This document shows positions 23,546-36,432 of a DNA stretch of 63,104 nucleotides, one piece after another; the first letter of the stretch is position 1; each line of letters starts with the position of its first letter. The notes under the pieces are model-generated. The model was given only the letters and a program-made list of their open reading frames with translations. It searched no databases and was not told where the DNA came from. A program made the translations under genes and the position numbers. The stretch comes from Chara braunii (taxonomy: Eukaryota; Plantae; Charophyceae): positions 328,017-391,120 of the forward strand of contig BFEA01000017.1 of the NCBI GenBank assembly GCA_003427395.1, given 5' to 3'.

Positions 23546-25039
23546 TCTGAATGGAATTATCTCCCTTAGGGTTGGAGTCCCTCCCTACGAGGGTTACACA
23601 GGGTGGGTTGTGTGATCCTTGAGAGGGAGGGGCGGTGTTGAGGGTTTGTCCTTTTCCGGGTCACGCTGATTTTTGGGTCGGATCAGCTATGGCAGTTGGG
23701 GAGAGAGGAGAAGGGGTGCTGATGCCATCATGGTGAGATGTTGAAGGGTTGTTTCACTTGGAGGGGGTGGGGCAGGAGGGAAGGGGGATCTTCGGCTTTG
23801 CGGGGCATACTTTGGGGGCACTGTATGCAGTTGAGGGAGCAGGAGTGGTATTTAGGAGGCTGTTCTGAACTGGGGCTGGGAGGTGAGGAGGCACTTCCCC
23901 CCGGAGGTAGTGATCAGACAGGGGGTCATTTTTTGGGGGGAGAGGAGTAATCTGTCTTGGTTCTTGTGAGCCTTGTACATGCAGTCGAGAATTGAATAGG
24001 CACTGGAGTTTCCATAAGGAAAGAGGGTGGTTTTTTCCCTCCCTTCCCCTCTTCTTGTGGGAATAGTAGGTGCTTATATGGTTTTTTCAATCTTCTGATT
24101 TCCTGATTTCTCAACATGTTCTTGAATGGGATTTAATTTTCTGATAAAAAAATTATTTATAAGCCGGCGCTGGTGGCAGGGGGCTCTGGTTGCGATGGTG
24201 GGGGATAATGCGCTCTGCGGCCATGGGGCTAGCCTGCAAGGTGGAAATAGGGTACAGCAGCGGTGAAGATGGTGGCTTCATCGCAGTATGACTTCTTAGA
24301 GTAGGGTTGTGGGGATTTTATGTGAGATATCTGCAACCAGCGCCTGAAGGAGCTGAATGATCGGAACTACAATTATGGTGCTGATTGGTGGCTTGTCTGG
24401 TATTTGCTGTAATCTTGGGTCCCCGTGGGTTTCCGAATGGACGAGGCCAGAACGACGCTGGTCGGAGCTGGGGCTTGGTCGCGCTGCCCTGTAACTCGAG
24501 CTATACGAGGGCAAGAGACCTGGTAGAGAGATCTGGGGAGTTGTCGAGGGTGGAAGGCACTTTAGTGTCCTTTGGTAAGCTGGTGCTTAGTCAACGCTGG
24601 TCGGAGCCGGGGCAGGTCATTTTGCCCTGTAGCCTAGCAGGTGGGAGTCTTCTGGGTTGGATCATGCCACTCTGTAACCTAGCAGCTGGGGGTGTGAGGC
24701 CACAGACTAAGTATCAGGATATAGGGATGAGGCAGGTAGGGGTGGGCTACTGAAAGGCTCTAAGGCAAGTATTTCTCGTCTGAATGTTCTTCCAAAAAAC
24801 AAAAGGGCCCTTTGCATTTAGTACTGTATAGATGTCTGTTTTCTTCTATTAGCCCCTTCGAGGCTGTTTTCAATAGTACTTGGTGCAAGTTGTTCTCAGA
24901 TTTTTCTCAAAAAAAAAAACCTGTCATCAAAGGGCGTCTCCTGATCAGTTAACCCCCCTGTTCCGGGGCAATCAAGGCTGGCAGGGGGAGGCCTTCTTGA
25001 ATTTTTTTTCTCAATCTTTCTCAAAAAAAGACCTGCCTT

Positions 25040-25246
25040 AGGATTCTGGGTACTCCTTGCAACTCATTTTTGGCATCTTGATGCTGTTATATTCATGGAC
25101 CTGCGGGTTTTCGATGCCAGAACGACGCTGGCCGGTGCTGGGGGGTTGCCCTGTAACCTGTTGATAGCAGGAATGGAGTGACATGCGTAAGGTATACCAG
25201 TAGGGGAGACTGGTATCACCTCAACTAGTACTACCTGCAGAGTCTT

Positions 25247-25291
<45 letters not shown>

Positions 25292-25750
25292 CTGGTAGAG
25301 AGATGTGGGGATGCCTTGGGCCGGGCATTCCAAGGGAAAACCAAGGGTTGCTGTCGGGACGACGCTGGCCGGAGCTGGGATGAGTCGTGTTGCCCTGTAA
25401 CCTAGCAGGGTGGGGGCATGAGGCCTGGGGGAGCTCGGCAGGTAATTAGACAGTGTTAGAGAATTTTAGAGTGTTTTGTCGGGGAGTCCAGGGGTTCTGA
25501 ACATTCGAAGGACTTTTGTGGTAATTGCTGCTTGAGTAGCCTAGCAATAGGTCAACAGTTATCCACGTTCTTCCTAAATCTTCCTGAACTTTTTTCATAG
25601 TTTTCAGATTGTTCTTAGCCGAAGCCAGGTAATGGCCCTGGTATTTCAAATCATTTGTATATTCTACATGGGACACTGGGCCCAGTTCCCAGCACCCCAC
25701 GAATAGATTGAAGCATTTGTCCCAACAAAAAAAAAAAAAACAGAAAAAAA
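25040..25750 (+). mobile_element. Non-autonomous SINE-like family, plus-strand copy (interrupted at ~25160-25290)
   Basis: Reverse complement of ~27690-28290 and 30405-30963; ends in the shared 3' motif and an A-tract. Partial relatives at 15290-15492 and 24400-24740. Confidence 0.75.
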
Positions 25751-26154
25751 AACAGCTATGTACTGTAACCTGCAAGTACTATGCTTTCTAGGCAAAAAAG
25801 AGACATTTTATTTTCTGCTATCGTTCGTTCAACGGGTGAGGGAAAGCAATGCTGCCCAGAGGCACCATTACCTTGACAGTGGTAGCCTAGGCCCTAGGGT
25901 GGTCTGACAGAAGTGACCTTCAGAATGTTGGTGGGGTGTTTGGTGTTTAAACCACAAGTACACAGCCCCCACCTTGCAGTCCAAAACTTGTTGCCACAAG
26001 AAAATGAGTGAGGCCGATACGTCAAAACGTTGATAAAGCGGCCCCATTTTCCTTTCGCGCCTCCAGAATTTGAGGTGTCAGACCCGCGGCCCAGGTGCCC
26101 ATGTACTGGTGGTTTAACAGTTAAAACTTTTAGTTGTTTCGTTCTTCAACTTCA

Positions 26155-26277
26155 GGAAATCTACTTTATACCACTTATTTTTATTTGTTTCTGGTTTCAA
26201 GTCTTATTTTATTAGTGGCCATGATTGGAGCTATAGTACTTACCATGCATAAGACTACACAAGTAAAAAGACAAGAT
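26155..26277 (+). pseudogene. nad6: Mitochondrial nad6 fragment (NUMT)
   Basis: AT-rich island encoding GNLLYTTYFYLFLVSSLILLVAMIGAIVLTMHKTTQVKRQD, the recognisable C-terminal segment of plant mitochondrial Nad6. Confidence 0.92.
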
Positions 26278-26639
26278 TGGGTGCAGTGGATGCACCTGGG
26301 ACCAAGTCCCACCAAGTACTCAGATTCCCATTTTCTGACCCTAGATTTTGAAGATCATTTGAACGAGAGGGGGACGCTGGACCCGGTTTCCAGCAGTAGG
26401 GGGCCCACCAAAAGGATGTCGCAACTCTCAATCATCTTGATTTTTCATAAGGGATGCTGGGGCCCGGTTGCCAGCACGTGATGCTCCCCACCAATAGACT
26501 GGAGTCTGTGTTTAAAATTAAAAAAAAGAAGGAAAAAAAAAGAAAAAGAGAGAGAGAGATCAATGACCAGAAATGAAGGACCAGCTTGAGTGGGAATTGG
26601 CCGCCACCAGCCAACTGTGTTTGAATGGTGAGGTCTGAG

Positions 26640-27022
26640 GAACACTAGGAATGTTTGAACTTATCCGTGGTCGTGATTGTGGTCAGGTGCATCCAGGCTT
26701 GGCCGTAAAAGCAGTTAGTTACATCCTGGAAAAGTCCTCCTTTGAGTATGGCCTTTGAATGGTCAGGTCTTACGCTGTCTCTTATACACATCTAGATGTG
26801 TATAAGAGACAGGGTCAGGTGCATCCAGGCTTGGCCGTAAAAGCAGTTAGTTACATCCTGGAAAAGTCCTCCTTTGAGTATGGCCTTTGAATGGTCAGGT
26901 CTTACGAACACTAGGAATGTTTGAACTTATCTGTGGTCGTGATTGCGGTCAGGTGCATCCAGGCTTGGCCGTAAAAGCAGTTAGTTACATCCTGGAAAAA
27001 GTCCTCCTTTGAGTATGGCCTG
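26640..27022. repeat. ~130-bp triplicated unit, partly an assembly artefact
   Basis: Three copies of ggtcaggtgcatccaggcttggccgtaaaagcag..., with an adapter between copies 1 and 2. Confidence 0.85.
26775..26812. other. Nextera mate-pair junction adapter (two Tn5 mosaic ends); sequencing artefact
   Basis: Exact CTGTCTCTTATACACATCT followed by AGATGTGTATAAGAGACAG. Confidence 0.99.
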
Positions 27023-27689
27023 AGGTGGCAGTCTGGAGTGGGAGCTCCCTGGTAAGCGAGGAGCCGCGTTTCTCTCAGATGATCCCAGACATCTGTCCTA
27101 GTCCCGAATTGCTTTTTCCAAGTACACCCAGATGATTAGGACTCAATTTTGGCTCCTGCTTTGTAAAATGGGACGCTGGACCCGGTTTCCAGCAGGTGCA
27201 GCTCCCCACCAATAGTTTGGAGGGTGGATGGGGCATGTTTTGAAACCCTAAAGGCAAAAAAAAACACGCGCTGGCAAAGAAACCACGTGCCAACTTGAAC
27301 GGAGCGATTTCAGTCCAAAAGCATCCGTTGGGCTTTTTTTTTTTTTTTTTTTTTCCCCCTCTGACACCATGTCCGACCCCTGTAAATATGACACCTGGTC
27401 TGACACCACGGCCGTCAGTACTTCCGTGATGTGTGTTTTCTTTGCCAATTTGGTACTCAAAGGTGACATAAACGTACTCACCCCTTTTTATTATTATTAT
27501 TACTTTGAAAGGGCCACAGCCTTGGAATTTTGGGCCTTCCTCCACTACTTGACAGTCTGGACTCGTGAAAATTGGTGAGTGTAGCCTCGCTCCACTTACT
27601 CTCGAAGTGGAATCTTAAAAATCCCCTCCAAGGGTTGTCAGATAGCACTCGTGAAGAGAACTCTTGAACCCTCTTTTTTTTTTCTTAAT

Positions 27690-28440
27690 TCTTTTTTTTG
27701 GGACAAATGCTCCAGTCTATTCGTGGGGAGCAACACGTGCTGGGAACCGGGCCCAGCGTCCCATATAGAATTATACAAGTGATTTGAAATACCAGGGCCA
27801 TTACCTGAACGATCTGAGAACCTTGAAGAGATTCTAGAAGATTTAGGAAAAGACATGGGTAACTACTAACCTATTGCTAGGCTACTCAAGCAGCACTTAC
27901 TAAGTCAAAACGGCAAGCCACAGAAGCCCTTTGAATGCTCCGAACCCCTGGAATCCCCAACAAAACGTTCTAAAATTTTCTAACACTGTCTTATTCCCTG
28001 CCGAACTTTTCCAGGCCTCATGCCCCATCCTGCTAGGTTACAGGGCAACACAACTCACCCCAGCTCCAGCCAGCGTCGTACCAACAGCAAACCTTGGTTT
28101 TCCCTTAGAATGCCCGGCCCAAGGCATCCCCAGATCTCTCTACCAGGCCTCTCGCGCCTGCTATCAACAGGTTACAGGGTAACCACCCAGCTCCGGCCAG
28201 CGTCGTTCTGGCATTGAAAAACCGCAGATCCATGAATATAACACCATTAGAAAAACCTAAAATGAGTTGCGAGAAGTGCCCAGAATCCTAGAGCATTCTC
28301 AAAACTTTCCTCATGAGATAGGCTAAAATTCAGAAAAAAATCTCAAAAAGCTTGGAAAACATGAGAGCGGGGGGGTCAAAACTGAAACGCCTACTATCCA
28401 AAACTCCCCCCCTTGACAGACGGAAACGTCGTGCACAGCC
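27690..28440 (-). mobile_element. Non-autonomous SINE-like family, longest copy
   Basis: T-tract, motif at 27709-27762, and a body shared with 30405-30963 and (inverted) 25040-25750 and 15290-15492. Confidence 0.78.
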
Positions 28441-29310
28441 TGCAAACTCGCCGTTTCTCTAGGGTGCTCCATCCTACCCCTGGTTCAGCCTCCTTTTCTG
28501 AGAGTCGCCCTCGAGTTGAGGTGGACAAAGGAGTAGTTTACGTGTCCTGTAGTTGTGTCGCCCAGTAGTCCTGCAATTCGAGAGTCGTTGGTTCTAGAGC
28601 AAGTGGAGGGAGGGAGGGAATCCCGAGAGCTACCAGGGTCTGACAGATCTTGAACTACTCTCGAAATTTTTCGAGAATAGAGAGTAGTGGAGCGGGACCC
28701 ATTACCATCGAACTGACTGGCCCCATGTGATTCAGAGGTATGTGGTTTTATCCATAAACGGATTCAAACTCAGGTCTGGACTTCAGCAGTTCACGGGTGT
28801 ACCTACTGAGCGAGGTCAGTTGTTGGTGCCCGGACAATTTTTGTGTCATTGTTTGTTTTTTTGGTGGTTGTTTGTGTTGTTTTTTCCCCAAAAATGTGTA
28901 GCACCATTGAGGTAACTCAAGTCAACAGCTGAGCAGTGGAGGTGGGACCCAGTCCCGGGACGCGGGGGGATCGTGGGTGGAGTAGAGTGACAGCACCAAA
29001 AATTTGAAGCTGGAGGGAATGACAGGTGGACAGCACTGGCCACTGGTAAAGAATTGTAGCCTTCTGCTAGCAAAGTTTCAAGACCGCTGCGGGGTTGAAG
29101 TCCCACTTAATGCGAGTCCTTTGCAAAAATTTGATGGCTCCGAATTATTTGTGGGGAGCATCATGGGCTGGTAACCGGTTCTAGGCTCCCTTTGTGTGCT
29201 GAGTATAGTATTACCTAAGTAGACATCATTGATTGCCCTGGGCTGTAGGGTCTACGAGGGGGTTAGTGCATACTTGCCAGAGTAAAAATTAAGTCCGGAC
29301 AACATAGGAG

Positions 29311-29311
<1 letters not shown>

Positions 29312-29373
<62 letters not shown>
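29312..29373. repeat. Poly-C tract (62 nt)
   Basis: Directly visible; the length may be unreliable. Confidence 0.9.
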
Positions 29374-29375
<2 letters not shown>

Positions 29376-30219
29376 TTGTCGCTACCCCATCTCTTGTCCA
29401 GTTCTCACTACAGAGAGCCGCCCCTACTCAGCGATCTCGGTCAAAAGTCCGGGCCCGGAGAAAAGACTGAGATGCTGCTGCTGTGAGGGTACCACTCCTC
29501 AGTTTAATAAGAACATCATACAGCAGTGAGAATGGAGAAAATTATAAAAAAAAACAAGAGAAGAAGAAGAACAAAGAATGGATTGCGACAAGTTCAGACT
29601 GGGACCAAAGGTATCAAGGGTGCACATGGTGCGACCAAAGGTGGTGATACCGCTCAACACAAGTTCAACTCAGGCCCGGTGCTTCTCAACGGAGACCCAA
29701 CTTATGACACCATAGGTTGCCCTGGAGATCTGCAAGGGTATTTATGCTGCTCTAAGGATACTGTAAAACCTACGTGGGAGCAGAGAGACAGGGCACATCA
29801 CCCAGCAAAGGAAGAGAGGGGGTAGGGGAAAGGGAGGTCTGCTTGCCTGCTTAAACTGAACCAGACTCCAAGAATGAGAAATCAAGGGGCTGTAAGCTGA
29901 GTGAAGAGGGGGAAGTCAATCTGTTCCCAACGCTGTCAGGGCCGGGCATGAGAGCTGTGAATACTACATCTTTCAGTAGGATATATCATGGAGGCAAGCA
30001 TCTCAGCAGCTGCGGTATACTTCCTTCTGCCAAAAGTTCAGTCATTGGAGGTGGGCGAGGCAGCTGGGTGGTAGCTCAAATACAAATCTGTTCACATTAA
30101 CAACTACGAGTCTACGACAACAAACCGATTTTTCCTACAGGAATGGGGTGTGGCAGAGCATTACTTAGAAACTCTTCCCAACCCTCTCAGTAGCACCGTT
30201 TGCACTCAATCTATTCCAA

Positions 30220-30405
30220 TGCACCCACCTCGCTCTTCTTATGGCGGCTTCGAGAATGAGGTGCTCGAAAGAGGCCAACACCTGTTCGGGTTTCAGAAAG
30301 CCACATGATGCCTGGAAAGGCCTGCAGACCCGACTGCAACAAGAGAAGGACGCTGCCAAGCGTCCACAGCTTGTCAAAAACTTCTCCACAACATGGCTGG
30401 ACCCT
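30220..30405 (+). pseudogene. LINE ORF2 extreme C-terminal fragment
   Basis: LLMAASRMRC...AWKGLQTRLQQE...KNFSTTWLDP is homologous to 16510-16800. Confidence 0.75.
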
Positions 30406-30963
30406 TTTTTTGTTTTTTTTGCCCTTTTTCTTGGGACAAATGCTCCAGTCTATTCGTGGGGAGCAACACGTGCTGCGAACCGGGCCCAGCGTCCCATATA
30501 GAATTATACAAATGATTTGAAATACCAGGGCCATTACCTGGTTTCGGCTAAGAACAATCTGAGAACTATGAAACAGATTCTATAAAATTTAGGAAAAACA
30601 TGGATAACTGCTGACCTATTGCTAGACTACTCAAGCAGCACTTACTAAGTCAAAACGGAAAGCCACAGAAGCTCTTTGAATGCTCAGAACCCCTGGAATC
30701 CCAACAAAACATTCTAGAAATCTCTAACACTGTCTTATTCCCTGCCGAGCTTTCCCAGGCCTCATGCCCCCATCCTGCGAGGTTACAGGGCAAGACAACT
30801 CACCCCAGCTCCGGCCAGCGTCGTACCGACAGCAACCCTTGGTTTTCCCTTGGAATGCCCGGCCCAAGGCATCCCCAGATCTCCCTACCAAGCCTCACGC
30901 TCCCGCTATCAACAGGTTACAGGGCAATCCCCCAGCTCCGGCCACTGTCGTTCGGGCATCGAA
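30405..30963 (-). mobile_element. Non-autonomous SINE-like family, truncated copy
   Basis: Direct repeat of 27690-28215, with the motif at 30442-30494. Confidence 0.8.
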
Positions 30964-30969
30964 AGATGG

Positions 30970-31500
30970 TCCTTGCTTCACAGGATGGAACAGCTCGACA
31001 TTACAAACCCGGCTGAGGCTTTCATCCGCGTACAGGTGGTGCAAGACGATCACGATTTATTATATGCTTATGAACCACATACCCCCCTCTCCCACCTCCC
31101 TTTTGATCCGGCGGAATGGGAATGGAAATGGGGAAGAACCTCAACTATGCAAACCTGGCAGTACTCAGTCAAGAAAGGATACAGGTCAATGAGAAAATGT
31201 GCCTTAGTTCGGGAGAAAATCCTGAAGAGCTGGGACAGAGACTCGACTCTAAAAAGAACTGACCTCAGCAGCTTTAGGTGGTCGGCCTACTCTCACATGA
31301 GACCGACCAACCATAGAGCGCTTCAGTGGCAGGTCATTCACAGGTGCTTGCCCACCCCTGATTGGATTACAGAAAGGACCAACCTGGAGCAAAAAGGGAT
31401 ACTGTCCCCACTCTGCACATACTGCGAGCTCATTCCCCCAAGGAAACGTGCCAACCTTGAGCACTGCCTTCTGGATTGCCCAATGGTTGCTCACTTATGG
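30970..31500 (+). pseudogene. LINE ORF2 zf-RVT/CCHC fragment
   Basis: LPFDPAEWEWKWG...HRALQWQVIHRCLPTPDW...CTYC...EHCLLDCPMVAHLW. Confidence 0.88.
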
Positions 31501-32789
31501 GTTACTGCTACGCAGTTAGTAGTTTGGGCGTGTTTTGCTGTTAATTTTGGGTTCAGTAGAACCGCTCTAGTTGACTGCTGTTAGTTAGTAGGTTAATTTC
31601 GTTTTCGCTTGGATGGGTAATTTCCCGCTGCTTGATTGGTGCTAATTTGGAGTCCGTTTAACCTTCCTGATATGGGTGATAGTAATCAGGGTTTGGTTCA
31701 TGATGTTGGTCTTGGTAGAGTTTCCGTTGTATAGTTTTAAATACTCCAACGAGGTGATATGGTTTAGTTTTAATTGGGATCTGGTTTCGGTGGGTGTCTA
31801 TTTAGCTAGGGTTTGTGCATACTAGTTATTTCTTTTACGATTGAAAGCTTAATCCTACCCCTTCAGCAGCATTGGCCGCGGGGGGGAGGTCGATGGTCCA
31901 CAGCGTGCCGGAATCGGTTCAAAGTTTCAGTGCATGCCAGTGGATGAAGGTGATCGATGGTGGGTGAGCATGCAGAGTGGCGCGCATACCGAATTGTTCA
32001 CATCGCGCCATCAAACGTGAGAGCACGCTCCTGGGGCGGGGCAGACGGCGGGCGTCGATGCGGATGAACATCTCGGAGGAGAGCCCTCCGTTATGCGAGT
32101 GTTGGGCCAGACGTCGTTCCCCTTTTCTTTTTTTTTCATTTCTGGGCAGCCGTCGGCCGTCGTTTCCCTTTTCTTTTGCTTTTTTCTTTTTTTTTTCGTT
32201 GTCGCTTTCGATGCTTTTTTTTTTTTTTTTTCGTTGTCACTTTCGGTCGTTGTTTCCCGCTCGCTTTCCGCTTTTCTTTTACTTCGTCGTCACTTCCCGT
32301 TTTTCTTTTGGTTTCATTGTCGCTTCCCGTTTTTCATCTCGAGGACGTTTTTTTTTGTTTCCTGGCAAAAGGCACTGGGGTGCCACCCAACCACCCACAC
32401 ACACCACCCACCCACCGACCCCCCCACACAGACATATTAAGATTATGAAGTTTGTCGCTGATGGTTGTCGTGGAGGTTTAAACCCTCACAAATATTTGAG
32501 ATACGCAACTGCCCTAACCACTCAGGTCAACTGGGTCCCTGTGTGTTTTGGGGGACTGCTTCTTTATGAAGTGTATCCAACATCAGGCAGCTGACGGGTC
32601 AGGATGTGATTCTGTGCCAAAACCCTAACGTTGCACAGTGTGGCAGGCGGGTCCAGTCTCGCAATTTTCAAAAGTCAAATCTGGCGATTTTTAACGCTCA
32701 GACGAATAGAAGAAAAAATATTAAAAATTGAGATTTTGTAGAATAGGTTGTGATCTTTTGAGGAAAAATATCAAAAAAAATAAAAAAAG

Positions 32790-33229
32790 CAAATTTAGAC
32801 CGTGAAATAAATGTCGCGCTGTTTCGTTGCATTTGCCATTTTTGTCATTCTTGCTTGTGTTGGCCAACGAAAAAAGTATCATTACTTGCTTGTGTTGGCC
32901 AACGAAAAAAGTATCATTACTTCCGCTATTTTTTGCGCTCGGAAGGATGACTCCACAACTCTGGAAATTTATAGTCCAGTAGATTGGGTCGTGAATATTC
33001 TACAAAAAATATTCTTAAAAAAATTAAAAATATCTAACATCGTGAAATAAATGTCGCGCCAATTCGTCCTATATTCAAATTTTGGTGTTTTTTGTTGCTG
33101 TATCACGTGTCTGCCAACGGGAAAAGTACCCCAACTTCCGCGATGTTTTGCGCTCAGACGGATGACTCTACCATTATGAAAATTGATGGGCCTGTAGATT
33201 TGGTCGTGATATTTTTCACTAAAAAAATT

Positions 33230-33235
<6 letters not shown>
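32790..33235. repeat. Diverged ~240-bp tandem duplication, AT-rich
   Basis: cgtgaaataaatgtcgcgc at 32801 and 33041, with collinear downstream similarity. Confidence 0.8.
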
Positions 33236-33294
<59 letters not shown>

Positions 33295-33364
33295 NNNNNN
33301 NNNNNNNNNNNNNNNNNNNNNNNNNNNNNNNNNNNNNNNNNNNNNNNNNNNNNNNNNNNNNNNN

Positions 33365-33453
<89 letters not shown>

Positions 33454-33680
33454 GGGGCACACACACATATACACACAGACACAAACAAACACACACACAC
33501 ACACACTCGCACCTGACACACACACGCATACGTGACACACACACGCACACACACACATATTCACACACCCACACCCACACACATAGCAGCACACACACAC
33601 ACATATACACAAACACACACACACACACACGTGACACACACATACACAAACACACACACGCGGGCGCACACACACACACA
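33235..33680. repeat. (TA)n and (CA)n microsatellites around a gap
   Basis: Directly visible. Confidence 0.97.
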
Positions 33681-33787
33681 TATCCATCATTCAAATGCAT
33701 CCTAGGCAAACTATTGGGGTTCAACCTCCCGATACGTCGGTGAAAGTCCGACAAAATAGTCTGGCACAATCCGAAGTGTGGGGGTCT

Positions 33788-36432
33788 ACAACACTCTACT
33801 CTGCTGTACACTACTCTTCTCTACAACGCTCTACGACACTCAACGACACTCTACTTTGCTCTCCTCGACTCTGCTCTACAACACTCTACTCTACGACACT
33901 CTACTCTACGACACTCTACAACACTCTACTCTACTCTACTATACTTTTTATTTCTCTCTTCTTCGACACTCGATTGTACTCTTCTCTACAATACTTTACT
34001 CTTTTGTACTCCACTCTACTCTACCACACTCTACCACACTCTACCACACTCTACCACACTATACCACTCTCTACTCTACATATCTCTACTGTACGACTAC
34101 TCTACTCTACTCTACTGTACGACAATCTACTCCACTCCACTGTACTCTACTCTACATAACTTTATGGTACGACTACTCTACTCTACTATACTTTATGACA
34201 ATACTCTACAACACTCTACGATACTTTACTCTACGAAACTCTACTCTACGATACTCTACGACACTCTACTCTACGACAGTCTACTCTACTCTACGACAGT
34301 CTACTCTATGACAATTTACTGTACTCTACGACACTCTACGCTACTTTACGGCACTCTACTATACTCTACTATACTCTAATTTACTCTACTCTACAAGACT
34401 CTGCCACACTCTACTCTACTTCACTATACTCCACTCTACTCCACCCTACAATGCGACACTTTACTCTACTGTACTTTACGACACTCAACTGTACCTACTC
34501 TACGCTACTCTACTCTACTCTACTGTACTCTACGACACTCTATTCTCCTCCACTCTACTCTACGACACTGTACTCTACTCAATAACAATCTACTGTACTA
34601 TACTATACGACACTTTATGACAGTCTACTCTGCTCTACTCTTCTCTACTCTACTCTACTCTACTCTACTCTACTCTACTCTACTCTACTCTACTCTACTC
34701 TACGATACTATACTATGCTCTACGACAATCTACTCTACTATACTCTATGACAGTTTATGACACTCAACTTTACTTTACTCTTCTTTACGACACTCTACTC
34801 TCCTCTACTCGACTCTACGACACTTTACTCTACTCAACAACAATCTACTCTCCTAGGTTATACGACACTTTATGACACTCTACTCTACTCTACTCTACTC
34901 TACTCTACTCTACTCTACTCTACTTTACTCTACTCTACTCAGAGTCTACGCTGCTCTACTCTACTCTACTCTACTNNNNNNNNNNNNNNNNNNNNNNNNN
35001 NNNNNNNNNNNNNNNNNNNNNNNNNNNNNNNNNNNNNNNNNNNNNNNNNNNNNNNNNNNNNNNNNNNNNNNNNNNNNNNNNNNNNNNNNNNNNNNNNNNN
35101 NNNNNNNNNNNNNNNNNNNNNNNNNNNNNNNNNNNNNNNNNNNNNNNNNNNNNNNNNNNNNNNNNNNNNNNNNNNNNNNNNNNNNNNNNNNNNNNNNNNN
35201 NNNNNNNNNNNNNNNNNNNNNNNNNNNNNNNNNNNNNNNNNNNNNNNNNNNNNNNNNNNNNNNNNNNNNNNNNNNNNNNNNNNNNNNNNNNNNNNNNNNN
35301 NNNNNNNNNNNNNNNNNNNNNNNNNNNNNNNNNNNNNNNNNNNNNNNNNNNNNNNNNNNNNNNNNNNNNNNNNNNNNNNNNNNNNNNNNNNNNNNNNNNN
35401 NNNNNNNNNNNNNNNNNNNNNNNNNNNNNNNNNNNNNNNNNNNNNNNNNNNNNNNNNNNNNNNNNNNNNNNNNNNNNNNNNNNNNNNNNNNNNNNNNNNN
35501 NNNNNNNNNNNNNNNNNNNNNNNNNNNNNNNNNNNNNNNNNNNNNNNNNNNNNNNNNNNNNNNNNNNNNNNNNNNNNNNNNNNNNNNNNNNNNNNNNNNN
35601 NNNNNNNNNNNNNNNNNNNNNNNNNNNNNNNNNNNNNNNNNNNNNNNNNNNNNNNNNNNNNNNNNNNNNNNNNNNNNNNNNNNNNNNNNNNNNNNNNNNN
35701 NNNNNNNNNNNNNNNNNNNNNNNNNNNNNNNNNNNNNNNNNNNNNNNNNNNNNNNNNNNNNNNNNNNNNNNNNNNNNNNNNNNNNNNNNNNNNNNNNNNN
35801 NNNNNNNNNNNNNNNNNNNNNNNNNNNNNNNNNNNNNNNNNNNNNNNNNNNNNNNNNNNNNNNNNNNNNNNNNNNNNNNNNNNNNNNNNNNNNNNNNNNN
35901 NNNNNTACGACAGTCTACGACACACTACGACACTCTACAAAACTCTACTCTACTTTACTCTACTCTACTCTACTCTACTCTACTCTACTCTACGACACTC
36001 CACTCTATTATACTCTACTCTACGCCACTGTACGACACTCTACTCTATTCAACTCTACTTTACGGCACACTACTCTACTCTACCCACTTTACTCTCCTCT
36101 CCTTTCCTCTTCGCTACGCTACTCTACTACGATCCTCTCTACTACATTTTACTTTACTCTAAGAAACTCCTACAACACTCTACTCTACTCTAAGAAACTC
36201 TACTACACTTTACTCTACTCTTTTCTACGACACTCTACTCTACTCTTCTCTACTCTACTCTACTCTACTCTACTCTACTCTACTCTACTCTACTCTACTC
36301 TACTTTACTCTACTCTACTTTACAACATTCTAGTCTACACCACTTTTCTCTATGACACTTTACTCTACTCTACTCTGCGACACTCTAATCTACTATAATT
36401 TACTATAAGACACTCTACTTCACTCTACGACA
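33788..36432 (+). repeat. (CTACT)n / CTACGACACT satellite containing a gap
   Basis: Directly visible pentamer array with 10-mer variants. Confidence 0.97.

Noticed and set aside
26775-26812. Natural Tn5/IS50 transposon ends or horizontal transfer
   Set aside because: Exact back-to-back mosaic ends equal the Nextera mate-pair adapter.
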